From NCBI GenBank assembly GCA_964452165.1, contig CAYVKP010000001.1, forward strand, positions 204,110 through 268,109: a stretch of 64,000 bases of DNA, written 5' to 3'. Position 1 is the first letter of the stretch. Every line of letters starts with the position of its first letter. Made by a program: the position numbers and the translations under genes. This stretch comes from an uncultured Gammaproteobacteria bacterium. GTDB lineage: Bacteria; Patescibacteriota; Microgenomatia; Levybacterales; GWA1-39-11. Under the pieces are notes generated by a model. The model did not search any database, was not told where the DNA came from, and was given only the letters and a program-made list of their open reading frames with translations. Positions 28,291 to 36,029 of the stretch are shown here, one piece after another.

Positions 28291-29745
28291 ATGAAAACTT
28301 TAAAGCCCTTAATAGGCTTGTTATTATTCTTCTTTTTTTCATTTTTTCTCGTTGTTAATTTAGTTTTTGTTCCTGTTGCTTATGCTGCAAAAACTACTCC
28401 GACGTCAACAACTGTCACCTGGAAAGGAAACGGAACAACAGGTGGTTTTTGTTCTTCATTTGAAAATGACCCTGATTTAAATCCCGCGTCAGGAAAACAA
28501 GGCTGGTTGTTTATATTAACCTCACCTTATACGAGTGGTCCATATAATCTAACCTATTCTTTTAGTGATGGAACGAATAATATTAATACTCCTCCGGTTG
28601 TTCAAAAAATTGTAGGGTCGGTTCATATTATTGTTTACACAGCCATCGACGCGAAATTATTGAGTGCATCAGTTACAAACGGCACTTCAAACAGTATTCT
28701 GACTGTTTCTCATTGTGAAAAAGCGATTCGACCCCTGCAAGTTTCAAAAACAGCAAATACAACTTTCACCCGAACGTGGACATGGGGTATCGATAAGTCT
28801 GCAGATCAATCAGATCTTGGTGCATTGCAGCCAAACGATGTTAAAACCGTTAACTACATTGCTACGGTAAGCGCGGGTTCGCAAGATAGCGATTGGGTTG
28901 TAAACGGAACAATAACTGTAACAAACCCTGCGGGTAATCCAAACGCGACAATAGCAAGCGTAACAGACGTTCTGAGTAGTTTTGGTAGCGTGTCGGGTGT
29001 AAATTGCGGAGTAATCTTCCCGTATATTCTTAGCGCTGGGAGTGTTCTTAATTGTACTTACACTCAAGTACTAGGTGGGGCAGTGAATCAAACAAATACA
29101 GCAACGGTTGTGACGACCGGATTAGTGCCGGGAGGTTCGTCAAGTGCTGTGCCCGTAGCATTTGATAGCCCTACAACCGAAACCGACGAGTGCGTAACCG
29201 TAAACGATACAAATTCAAAGGGTCCTCAGGGAGTAGTAGTTTGTTCGGCGGATTCCCCTAAGACTTTTAACTACAGTACTACATTTAGCAAAGATGGTGC
29301 ATCAGACGTGAAACTTGTTTGTGGAAGCAATACTTACAACAACACTGCGTCTTTTGTAACAAATGACACTTCAACGGCTGGAAGTGACAGTTGGACGGTT
29401 ACTGCAAATGTACAATGCAATACTTTTTGGTGCTCGCCAGGATACTGGGGTAGCGCGGCCAAATTTGATATTTACAGCTACATAAATGCACACAAAGTTG
29501 TAACTCCTCCTGCGAGTATTGCCGGAGCGGATTTATACAGCTCTATTACCGGTATTGTTCCAGCAGCTCTGAAGGCCGGTAGTCCTTCGAATCCAAGCCT
29601 TGGGGATGTACTCGGGAGTCCTTCTACTTACGGTGGACCGGCGAATAACTCAATTTCTGATTACTTCGCTTACCTTCTCGGCTGGGGTGGAACCCAGGCA
29701 ACAGGTGATAACTGCCCAATAAACACATTCGGAAATCCCAACTAA
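28291..29745 (+). CDS. Secreted beta-rich protein, hypothetical (no sorting signal)
   Basis: Signal peptide MKTLKPLIGLLLFFFFSFFLVVNLVFVPVAYAA. Thr/Asn/Ser-rich beta domains and several Cys pairs. Confidence 0.45.
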   Translation: MKTLKPLIGLLLFFFFSFFLVVNLVFVPVAYAAKTTPTSTTVTWKGNGTTGGFCSSFENDPDLNPASGKQGWLFILTSPYTSGPYNLTYSFSDGTNNINTPPVVQKIVGSVHIIVYTAIDAKLLSASVTNGTSNSILTVSHCEKAIRPLQVSKTANTTFTRTWTWGIDKSADQSDLGALQPNDVKTVNYIATVSAGSQDSDWVVNGTITVTNPAGNPNATIASVTDVLSSFGSVSGVNCGVIFPYILSAGSVLNCTYTQVLGGAVNQTNTATVVTTGLVPGGSSSAVPVAFDSPTTETDECVTVNDTNSKGPQGVVVCSADSPKTFNYSTTFSKDGASDVKLVCGSNTYNNTASFVTNDTSTAGSDSWTVTANVQCNTFWCSPGYWGSAAKFDIYSYINAHKVVTPPASIAGADLYSSITGIVPAALKAGSPSNPSLGDVLGSPSTYGGPANNSISDYFAYLLGWGGTQATGDNCPINTFGNPN

Positions 29746-29819
29746 GGGATTCATTGGGCCTCTTTCAGATCTTATTTTCCGTGAATTTTGTTAATTAAAG
29801 TGGGGGGAGGTGAATAAAT

Positions 29820-30101
29820 ATGAATAAAATTAAAAAAATAGCATTTGCAGGAGCAGCTTCTGCAATCATGCTTTCGAGTTTTGTAAGTGTAGCATTTGCG
29901 GTAACTCCAGGAGCTGCAGTAAAAAATCCAAATGCTAATTCAAACGCGTGTTGGGGTATGGATCGTTCTTTCTATGCGAGCCAAGGCTTTTTCCCTGAGA
30001 ATATGGACATTAAGCAGTCTTTTCCAGGTGATGTCGGTGAAGAACGTGCAGCTTGGGTTGCAACGTATTGTAGTTCACACGGGCCAGTCGTAGTAGAGTA
30101 G
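29820..30101 (+). CDS. Small secreted protein, hypothetical
   Basis: Strong RBS GGGGGGAGGTG. Signal peptide ends AFAVTP. Confidence 0.4.
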   Translation: MNKIKKIAFAGAASAIMLSSFVSVAFAVTPGAAVKNPNANSNACWGMDRSFYASQGFFPENMDIKQSFPGDVGEERAAWVATYCSSHGPVVVE

Positions 30102-30199
30102 AAAATAGAAGATTTGTTTTAAACAGCCCAAAGGGGTAATTCCCTGCGGGTTGTTTTGGTTGACAAATTTACAAAGGAGCTATATGATTCTATCTGTTA

Positions 30200-30961
30200 A
30201 TGAAAAAGTTTCTTGGAGTGATACTCGGATTTTTCCTCGTCCTCACAATTGTTTTTGCAGTCTCAGCGCAAAGTTCAAACGCAAATATTCCTGATCGCGA
30301 CGGTGATTTTCCGGATCCTGACCACCCCGGAATTCGCGTTCGCGTATTTGTGCACAATCCAAAAGATGCACGAGGATCATCAGACCTTACGCCCGCTACT
30401 TGTTCCCCAGATAATGACTCTGCAACCGTAGATGGTGTTACAGGGTGGAAACTTCCTTCAACAAATTGGAATTACAGAGTAAATAGCGCAAGTGCTCCAT
30501 CTGGAGTCGGAGGAAATGCCGTTACGATTACAAATAATGCTTTCGCAGCTTGGACAGGCGCTTTATCTCCCGCTTCAAGCAAGCCGACATTTTCATACGC
30601 AGGACCAACGTCTGTCAATAAAAACGTTTACGACGGACAGAACATAGTTGCTTGGGGACACACATCAGGTAGCGCTCTGGCCGTAACTTACACAAGATAC
30701 AATCAATCAACCGGGGTTGTTGTTGACGTTGACACAATTTTTAATAGCAAGTTTGCGTGGACATGGAATACATGCTCGGCAAGTGCTTATGATGCCCAGG
30801 ATATCTTGACGCACGAACTAGGACACTGGATGGGACTGGACGACAACTACGCGGCAAGTTTTGCGGATAACACAATGTATGGTTACGGGGCAAAAGCCGA
30901 GAACAAAAAGGACACTCCTGCAACAGGCGATAAAAACGCCCTCCTCACAATTTATCATTAA
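30200..30961 (+). CDS. Secreted metzincin-like zinc metallopeptidase with HEXXHXXGXXD motif (snapalysin/M7-like)
   Basis: Signal peptide. HELGHWMGLDD zinc-binding motif with Asp as the third ligand. Downstream Met-turn-like NTMYGY. Confidence 0.6.
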   Translation: MKKFLGVILGFFLVLTIVFAVSAQSSNANIPDRDGDFPDPDHPGIRVRVFVHNPKDARGSSDLTPATCSPDNDSATVDGVTGWKLPSTNWNYRVNSASAPSGVGGNAVTITNNAFAAWTGALSPASSKPTFSYAGPTSVNKNVYDGQNIVAWGHTSGSALAVTYTRYNQSTGVVVDVDTIFNSKFAWTWNTCSASAYDAQDILTHELGHWMGLDDNYAASFADNTMYGYGAKAENKKDTPATGDKNALLTIYH

Positions 30962-31168
30962 TTGTACTGGTAGAATTTTGCTTCATAACGAAAAAAAGCC
31001 CGAAAGAAATAGTTGTTGATGAATGCGTTATGAAAACGCGGAGAACAGCGCACGCTGCTCAAATTCACCAACCGTTCAATCAGTCGGGCTCTTTTTCTTG
31101 CCTTCACTTCGGGCGGCTACAACTTTTTAGGCTGCGCTTTGCTCGAAGTTATTCGATTGTTTGTGAGA

Positions 31169-31447
31169 TCAGTAGATGTTATCTCGACAGATCTCGTCTT
31201 TGCCGGCTAGGATTAGCGCGCCTACTTCCTCTTGGCGGTCTGATCCCTTGTGTTCAATCTCGGTCAACCTAACGTAGATGCTGGCCGAAGTCACTCGAGG
31301 GTCGTCTTCAATGACGGCTATTGCTAGTAGCGCGTTCTTGTCCATGCCGGTCGAAATGGTTACGATATCTCCTCGCCGGAGAATGTGGAGACAATCTCCA
31401 ACTCGTTCCAGTGAAGGAAAGGGTGCTGTCACCCAGGGAGATGCCAT
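31169..31447 (-). CDS. Island ORF 7 (92 aa), hypothetical
   Basis: Last ORF of the minus-strand series; GC-rich codon usage. Confidence 0.35.
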   Translation of the reverse strand: MASPWVTAPFPSLERVGDCLHILRRGDIVTISTGMDKNALLAIAVIEDDPRVTSASIYVRLTEIEHKGSDRQEEVGALILAGKDEICRDNIY

Positions 31448-31486
31448 AGCTTGCTCCTTCCGAAGCTTGTGGCGCGCTGGCCGTTA

Positions 31487-31831
31487 CTAGAGATACAGTT
31501 CAACCGCTCTCTGATGAGAGTGGTCGGGAACGAACGTACCTGCGACGCGGGGGGGTGCCGGCGCAAAATAGTCGATCTGGTACATGTTGGAACATGACAG
31601 GTAGGTGATGCCGCAAAGCACACCTGATTTGTCAGCTCTTCTAAGCCAGAGTGTTTGATCAGGCCAGACTTCGGCTGTGATGACGAAGTCAGCAAGTTCA
31701 CTACCACTATCAAGCATGGCACCATCGTTGGTGACAAAACCGAGGATCTCGTCTTCGGGGACCTGGAAGTGTTCACAGATCGCCTCAATGAGCTCAAGGG
31801 TCATGTCTACGTCGTTCGTTGTCCTGTACAT
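31487..31831 (-). CDS. Island ORF 6 (114 aa), hypothetical
   Basis: Consistent spacing within the operon; acidic protein. Confidence 0.35.
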   Translation of the reverse strand: MYRTTNDVDMTLELIEAICEHFQVPEDEILGFVTNDGAMLDSGSELADFVITAEVWPDQTLWLRRADKSGVLCGITYLSCSNMYQIDYFAPAPPRVAGTFVPDHSHQRAVELYL

Positions 31832-31958
31832 TGGCTTTCCTTCTCATGGGGATAATCATCCAGCTTAGCCACTGCTGAATGATGGCGGGGCTTGATTAGG
31901 CGACGGGGTACCCAATCAGGTCATTCGTAACTCCTTTCTGATGTTCGTCGTCACGAAC

Positions 31959-32156
31959 TTATCGGGAAACGTCCCAGTCTGGGTTGTTTCCACCAGCAAT
32001 ACGCCCATGTTTATGGGAAATCTTGCAGGCTGAGCAGAGCGTTATTGTCTCTCCGTAGATCTCTGAGCACTCCTTACACACGTTAGTTGTCTTGTTCCCG
32101 CAGAATGTGCAGAAGTACACACGCGGAATCAATCCGAAGAGTGGCATCAGGTTCAC
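31959..32156 (-). CDS. Island ORF 5, small zinc-ribbon protein (three CxxC pairs)
   Basis: CTFCGN..CKEC..CSAC. Confidence 0.4.
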   Translation of the reverse strand: MNLMPLFGLIPRVYFCTFCGNKTTNVCKECSEIYGETITLCSACKISHKHGRIAGGNNPDWDVSR

Positions 32157-32183
32157 TTCCTGTCTGGTGAAGGCGCGCCTTCG

Positions 32184-32729
32184 TTACTCAGTGGCTGTGT
32201 TGCCCTGGTAGACGTTGTAGTGCTCGGTGGCCTTGATAAACTTATCACCGGCAGACGGACCTTGCGGGCACCTGTGCACAATGATGAGCTGGCCGCTCTT
32301 GTGACAATCCCGTGCATCCCGGCGAGTCAAACTTGTACTCCAGGTGCAGTGGATTGCGTCACAGTCACACTCCTTCTCGACCTCCTGCGAGAGGAAATCG
32401 TTAATCAGCGCTGTGCTGATGAAGCCTCCACCGTCGTCCTCGATGAGTCGCCAGAATTCTCTGCAAGCATCATCGTGGTCGAAACAGTAACCGAAGTAGA
32501 AGAGTACTTCAACATTCGCGTCGGCTGGACTAGTTTCGTATTTGATTTCGGCCTCATCGAGCATTGCTCGAATTCCTTCAGCCGAAACTTGGTTCGCCGT
32601 AAGTCTGAGGCAGTTGTAAGTGCCCATGGGTATTTCCGAAGCATCGTGACAGAGGAAGCATTTCATTTCCCCGTCCCATATGTACTCCGGATACACCAGT
32701 AGTTCGCCCTCTGCGAATCTTCGTGCCAT
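32184..32729 (-). CDS. Island ORF 4, Cys/His-rich protein, hypothetical
   Basis: CFLCH, CFDHDDAC, ECDCDAIHC, DCH, HRC clusters suggest metal binding. Confidence 0.4.
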   Translation of the reverse strand: MARRFAEGELLVYPEYIWDGEMKCFLCHDASEIPMGTYNCLRLTANQVSAEGIRAMLDEAEIKYETSPADANVEVLFYFGYCFDHDDACREFWRLIEDDGGGFISTALINDFLSQEVEKECDCDAIHCTWSTSLTRRDARDCHKSGQLIIVHRCPQGPSAGDKFIKATEHYNVYQGNTATE

Positions 32730-32777
32730 CGTGGCTACTCCTCCCTATGAAGGCGCGCTGGCCCCCGTTACCTGCCG

Positions 32778-33320
32778 TTACTTGACGCTGAAGAACGCCC
32801 AGAGGATGTCTCCGAAGCGATGCGCGCATCTAACGTTAATGCACTCACCAGGTGACATCTTCGCGGCGATGTCTGCGTCCGTCGAGATCTGGTAGAAGAG
32901 CTTGTACTCGCCGGGTTTGACGGGTACCTTGAGTGGAATCGTAATGTTGCCCTTTCCACCTGGCTTAAGCGCCGGGACAGACACAGAGGCGTCCGAGATC
33001 TGCTTGAGATCTGGTTTACTTCCGTCAGTCGCGGCCGATTCGCCATAGACGCGGACGAGCTTGTAGTCGCCGGTCCAGGTTGTTGTGCCGCAATTGGTCA
33101 CTTCCCAGACTTTGTCTTGGGTTGATCCCGCTGCCAGCGTCTGCCACTTGTCGGGAGTGTCCTCGATGGTGACATCCCTGACGAACTTCATGCAGTCCTC
33201 GAGCTTGGCGGTCGCAGAGGATGTTGGTTTGTCTTTGGGACTGTACCATGCAGCCCACGCAACAACAACTCCCAAGATACATAGAAGCAGGAGAGTTACG
33301 ACAGTCTGCTGCCTGATCAT
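32778..33320 (-). CDS. Island ORF 3, membrane-anchored Ig/CARDB-like beta-sandwich protein
   Basis: N-terminal signal anchor VVTLLLLCILGVVVAWAAW. Segment VWEVTNCGTTTW...SVPALKPGGKGNITIPLKVPVKPGEYKLFYQI resembles CARDB/NBR1-like folds. Confidence 0.4.
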   Translation of the reverse strand: MIRQQTVVTLLLLCILGVVVAWAAWYSPKDKPTSSATAKLEDCMKFVRDVTIEDTPDKWQTLAAGSTQDKVWEVTNCGTTTWTGDYKLVRVYGESAATDGSKPDLKQISDASVSVPALKPGGKGNITIPLKVPVKPGEYKLFYQISTDADIAAKMSPGECINVRCAHRFGDILWAFFSVK

Positions 33321-33362
33321 CTTGTTGCTCCTTTCGAGCAGACTCGTGAGACCCGCGTCTCG

Positions 33363-33947
33363 TTACCCTCCGAATAGCACGGTGGCGGAGAAGAGGTCTC
33401 CACGCTGGAGAACTCTTCTGGATATTGCCTGTACATCTTCGCCGTTGAGGCGGCAGTTGCCCAGGCCGAACTCAAGTCCGAGTTCCTTAGTAAGATGCTT
33501 GACCAGTTCGTTGACGGTTTTGCCTGCGTAGGGCACCATCAAGGGGTCAAACGGTTGATCGCCGATGTCAAGTGTGACCACGATGTCGTTGGGGCCGGTA
33601 GACCGCAATATGGTCACTTCTTTTCTCAAATCGGCGACGGCTTGCTCGCGCTCTTCAGGCGAAAGGTTGTTCGCGGGTTTGCGCTCAACGCTCATATTGA
33701 AGTACGGCAGCACTTCACCGAGCTCCTCATTACCAGGGACGTCCTCGCCTCGCGAGGTGAAAGTCATGGTTCCAGCCAGACGCACAGAGTAGGCACCACC
33801 GCGGACAATCATGTCCTCGGTTACTTCTAGGGTGTCTCCGGCTTCTGGAATCTTGTCAACCCGCAGGACGGCGCTGTATATGTTGGCGCCTATTGCGATG
33901 TAGACAGGTTTCTTTTCAGGTTGATGACGTTTTCCGAACAGTTTCAC
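33363..33947 (-). CDS. Island ORF 2, protein with C-terminal ThiS/MoaD-like ubiquitin-fold domain ending in Gly-Gly (possible tandem beta-grasp)
   Basis: C-terminus ...CRLNGEDVQAISRRVLQRGDLFSATVLFGG followed directly by a stop. The pattern N-x-E-x-V...L..GD.....GG matches ThiS/MoaD. An N-terminal segment also ends ...GDTLEV..MIVRGG. Confidence 0.45.
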   Translation of the reverse strand: MKLFGKRHQPEKKPVYIAIGANIYSAVLRVDKIPEAGDTLEVTEDMIVRGGAYSVRLAGTMTFTSRGEDVPGNEELGEVLPYFNMSVERKPANNLSPEEREQAVADLRKEVTILRSTGPNDIVVTLDIGDQPFDPLMVPYAGKTVNELVKHLTKELGLEFGLGNCRLNGEDVQAISRRVLQRGDLFSATVLFGG

Positions 33948-33959
33948 TTCCGACCTCCG

Positions 33960-34289
33960 TTACTTGTTGAGAGTTGCGACCCACTTGATAGTGACGCCGC
34001 GGTTGGTGTCGGGGAATACGGTTACCCGGTTTTCCTCGATAAGAATTCGCCAACCGAATTTGTACTGCCATGCGCCGGCCAAGTCGTGGACCGTGAATGC
34101 AGTATTGTCCTTGCCTCCCATCACAACGTATGGGGGAAAGAGTCGTCTGTGTTCATCGCGAAGATTGCTCACGTCGTCGTGGAACGACTCAAACGTGAAC
34201 TCTCCAAGCCCGAACACTTGTTGGAAGCGGTTAGCATACCTCGGAGCGTTCTCCGGGGTGAGAACTATACCTTGTGCTTGGGTTGTCAT
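33960..34289 (-). CDS. Island ORF 1 (109 aa), hypothetical
   Basis: First gene of the operon, preceded by a strong SD. No recognisable motif. Confidence 0.35.
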   Translation of the reverse strand: MTTQAQGIVLTPENAPRYANRFQQVFGLGEFTFESFHDDVSNLRDEHRRLFPPYVVMGGKDNTAFTVHDLAGAWQYKFGWRILIEENRVTVFPDTNRGVTIKWVATLNK

Positions 34290-34339
34290 GTCTCCTCCTC
34301 CATCTTTCTTTCCAGCTTATGCTGATGAATTTAGTTTCG

Positions 34340-34440
34340 TATCACATAAGTGACACACCGGATACAACAATTGACAGTTAACAATTAACAAAATTGACAA
34401 CAGACAAAAATTATATGCAGAGCGTCACCTACGTGACAAA
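34340..34440 (-). promoter_or_regulatory. Candidate island promoter (TTGTCA-18-TATAAT on minus strand) with two GTCAC-N4-GTGAC-type palindromes
   Basis: Minus strand reads cTTTGTCAcgtaggtgacgctctgcaTATAAT. The perfect palindrome GTCACGTAGGTGAC sits in the spacer. A second near-palindrome GTGTCACTTATGTGATAC lies downstream. Confidence 0.3.
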
Positions 34441-34623
34441 GTTTTTACAAACAATCGAATTGTCAAAGTGCAAGAAAAATTAAAAATTGCAACCAAGACA
34501 AAAAACAGGCATGCAAATCGCCCGAAATTGTTCCTGAATGTAAGGCGATTATAACACAGATGAGGCTATTCGACTATATTATAGGCTTAGCAATTTAGTA
34601 TTCGGATATACGTGTCGTTTGGG

Positions 34624-34652
34624 TTGACGCAAGCCTCAACTTCTGTTAAAAT
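34624..34652 (+). promoter_or_regulatory. Candidate sigma70-type nusA promoter (TTGACG-17-TAAAAT)
   Basis: gggTTGACGcaagcctcaacttctgtTAAAAT read directly. Confidence 0.4.
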
Positions 34653-34677
34653 GATTTCGGTTTAGGTAGAGAAATTC

Positions 34678-34704
34678 GGGTGGTATACAAACCACCTTTT
34701 TTTA
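34678..34704 (+). terminator. Intrinsic-terminator-like hairpin (GGGTGGT-ATACAA-ACCACC plus T7) in the nusA leader: candidate attenuator
   Basis: Perfect 7-bp GC-rich stem followed by TTTTTTT, about 35 nt upstream of the nusA ATG and downstream of the candidate promoter. Confidence 0.45.
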
Positions 34705-34741
34705 TACGTGATACTTAATACCAGATACAAAATACAAATTT

Positions 34742-36001
34742 ATGGCAGCAGTAGTTCAAAGATCAGAATTTGCGTTAGCATTAAATCAAATAGCCTCCGA
34801 GCGAGGAGTTGACCCCCAAGTGGTACTTGATACCATGAAAGGCGCAATAGTTGCCGCCTACCGTAAAGATAATCCAATAACTGATGAAGAGGCAGAAGCC
34901 TACAGCGCCGAACTTAATGAAAACACGGGTGAAACAAAAATCTTAAAAGATGGAAAAGACGTTACTCCTCCGGGATTTGGAAGAATCGCAGCACAAACCG
35001 CCAAACAAGTTCTCTTGCAGAAAATCCGCGAGAAAGAAAAAGATGCAGTAATCGCAGAGTACACAAAAAGAATCGGCACCGTTGTAAACGGCATGATTCT
35101 AAGATTTATCGGTCCAAATATCATTGTCGATATAGGAAAAGCGGAGGCTGTAATTGAACCAGCGGACAAAATTCAAAATGAGCAATACTTCCTCAATAAA
35201 AAAATGCCAGTTTATATTCGTGGTATTGATGAAGAGAAGCGAGACATAATGGTTTCTCGCTCGAGTAATGGTTTGATCGAAGGCCTACTCAAGCGTGAAG
35301 TTCCGGAGGTAAATTCAGGATCCGTAACAATCAAAAAAGTAGTCCGAGAGCCGGGAAACCGCGCAAAAATCGCAGTTTATTCAGAACAATCCGGAATTGA
35401 TCCGGTCGGCTCTTGCGTAGGACAAAAGGGAGTCAGAATTCAAGCCGTAATTGATGCGATTGATGGTCTTGAGAAGATCGACGTGATTCAGTGGAGTCCG
35501 GATCCGGTTAAATTCATCACAAACGCGCTTTCTCCCGCAAAAAACCTTGTTGTTGAGATAGATGAGAAAAACAAAATGGCAAAAGTCCGCGCACCTCGTG
35601 AGGAATTACCTTTGATAATCGGGCGAGAAGGACAAAACGTTCGTTTGGCCTCAAAATTGACAGAATATAATATTGAAGTTGAAGGCGATGAGTCAATGTC
35701 TATGCCGGAAGAAGCAAAAAAACCTGAAGTTGCAACCGCTCCAAAAGAAGAAGTAAAAGCTGAAGAAAAACCAACTGAAGAGACAGGGACAAATGAGAAA
35801 AAAGAAGAGGTCGCAGCAGCAGAAAATCCCGCACCCGCAGCCTCAGCTCCAGCAGATCGGCCCTCGGAATCAACCGAGAAAAAAGATGCAGAAGCCGAGA
35901 AGACTGACGAGACGGTTCCAACAGAAACTTCCCAAACAGATACCAATCAGCCTGGGGCTGCGCAAGACGCAACACCGGCCGAAGAAATAAAATCTGAGTA
36001 A
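34742..36001 (+). CDS. nusA: Transcription termination/antitermination factor NusA (with acidic C-terminal tail)
   Basis: NusA N-terminal domain, S1 and two KH motifs (IGREGQNVRLASKLT). E/K/T-rich tail. Confidence 0.95.
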   Translation: MAAVVQRSEFALALNQIASERGVDPQVVLDTMKGAIVAAYRKDNPITDEEAEAYSAELNENTGETKILKDGKDVTPPGFGRIAAQTAKQVLLQKIREKEKDAVIAEYTKRIGTVVNGMILRFIGPNIIVDIGKAEAVIEPADKIQNEQYFLNKKMPVYIRGIDEEKRDIMVSRSSNGLIEGLLKREVPEVNSGSVTIKKVVREPGNRAKIAVYSEQSGIDPVGSCVGQKGVRIQAVIDAIDGLEKIDVIQWSPDPVKFITNALSPAKNLVVEIDEKNKMAKVRAPREELPLIIGREGQNVRLASKLTEYNIEVEGDESMSMPEEAKKPEVATAPKEEVKAEEKPTEETGTNEKKEEVAAAENPAPAASAPADRPSESTEKKDAEAEKTDETVPTETSQTDTNQPGAAQDATPAEEIKSE

Positions 36002-36029
36002 TTATGGGAAGTCTGAATTTTTATAAAAA

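Larger units (their letters stand above)
31030..34330 (-). other. GC-rich genomic island (compositionally foreign) with seven small ORFan genes on the minus strand
   Basis: GC and third-codon-position composition shift abruptly at about 31.0 kb and about 34.3 kb. Minus-strand ORFs tile without overlap. A strong RBS GGAGGAGGAGAC precedes the first ORF. Confidence 0.55.

Noticed and set aside
32220-33531. Long plus-strand ORFs inside the GC-rich island (32220-32702, 32680-32895, 33085-33531, 33495-33830, 33565-33792 and others)
   Set aside because: They overlap one another and the tidy minus-strand series. High GC suppresses stop codons and produces spurious long ORFs, and their products are Arg/Ser/Pro-rich low-complexity typical of off-frame translation.
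30998-34312. GAAAGAAA / TTTCTTTC inverted 8-mers at the two island edges as possible terminal repeats
   Set aside because: They are only 8 bp in an AT-rich background, so chance occurrence is likely. They are mentioned but not called.
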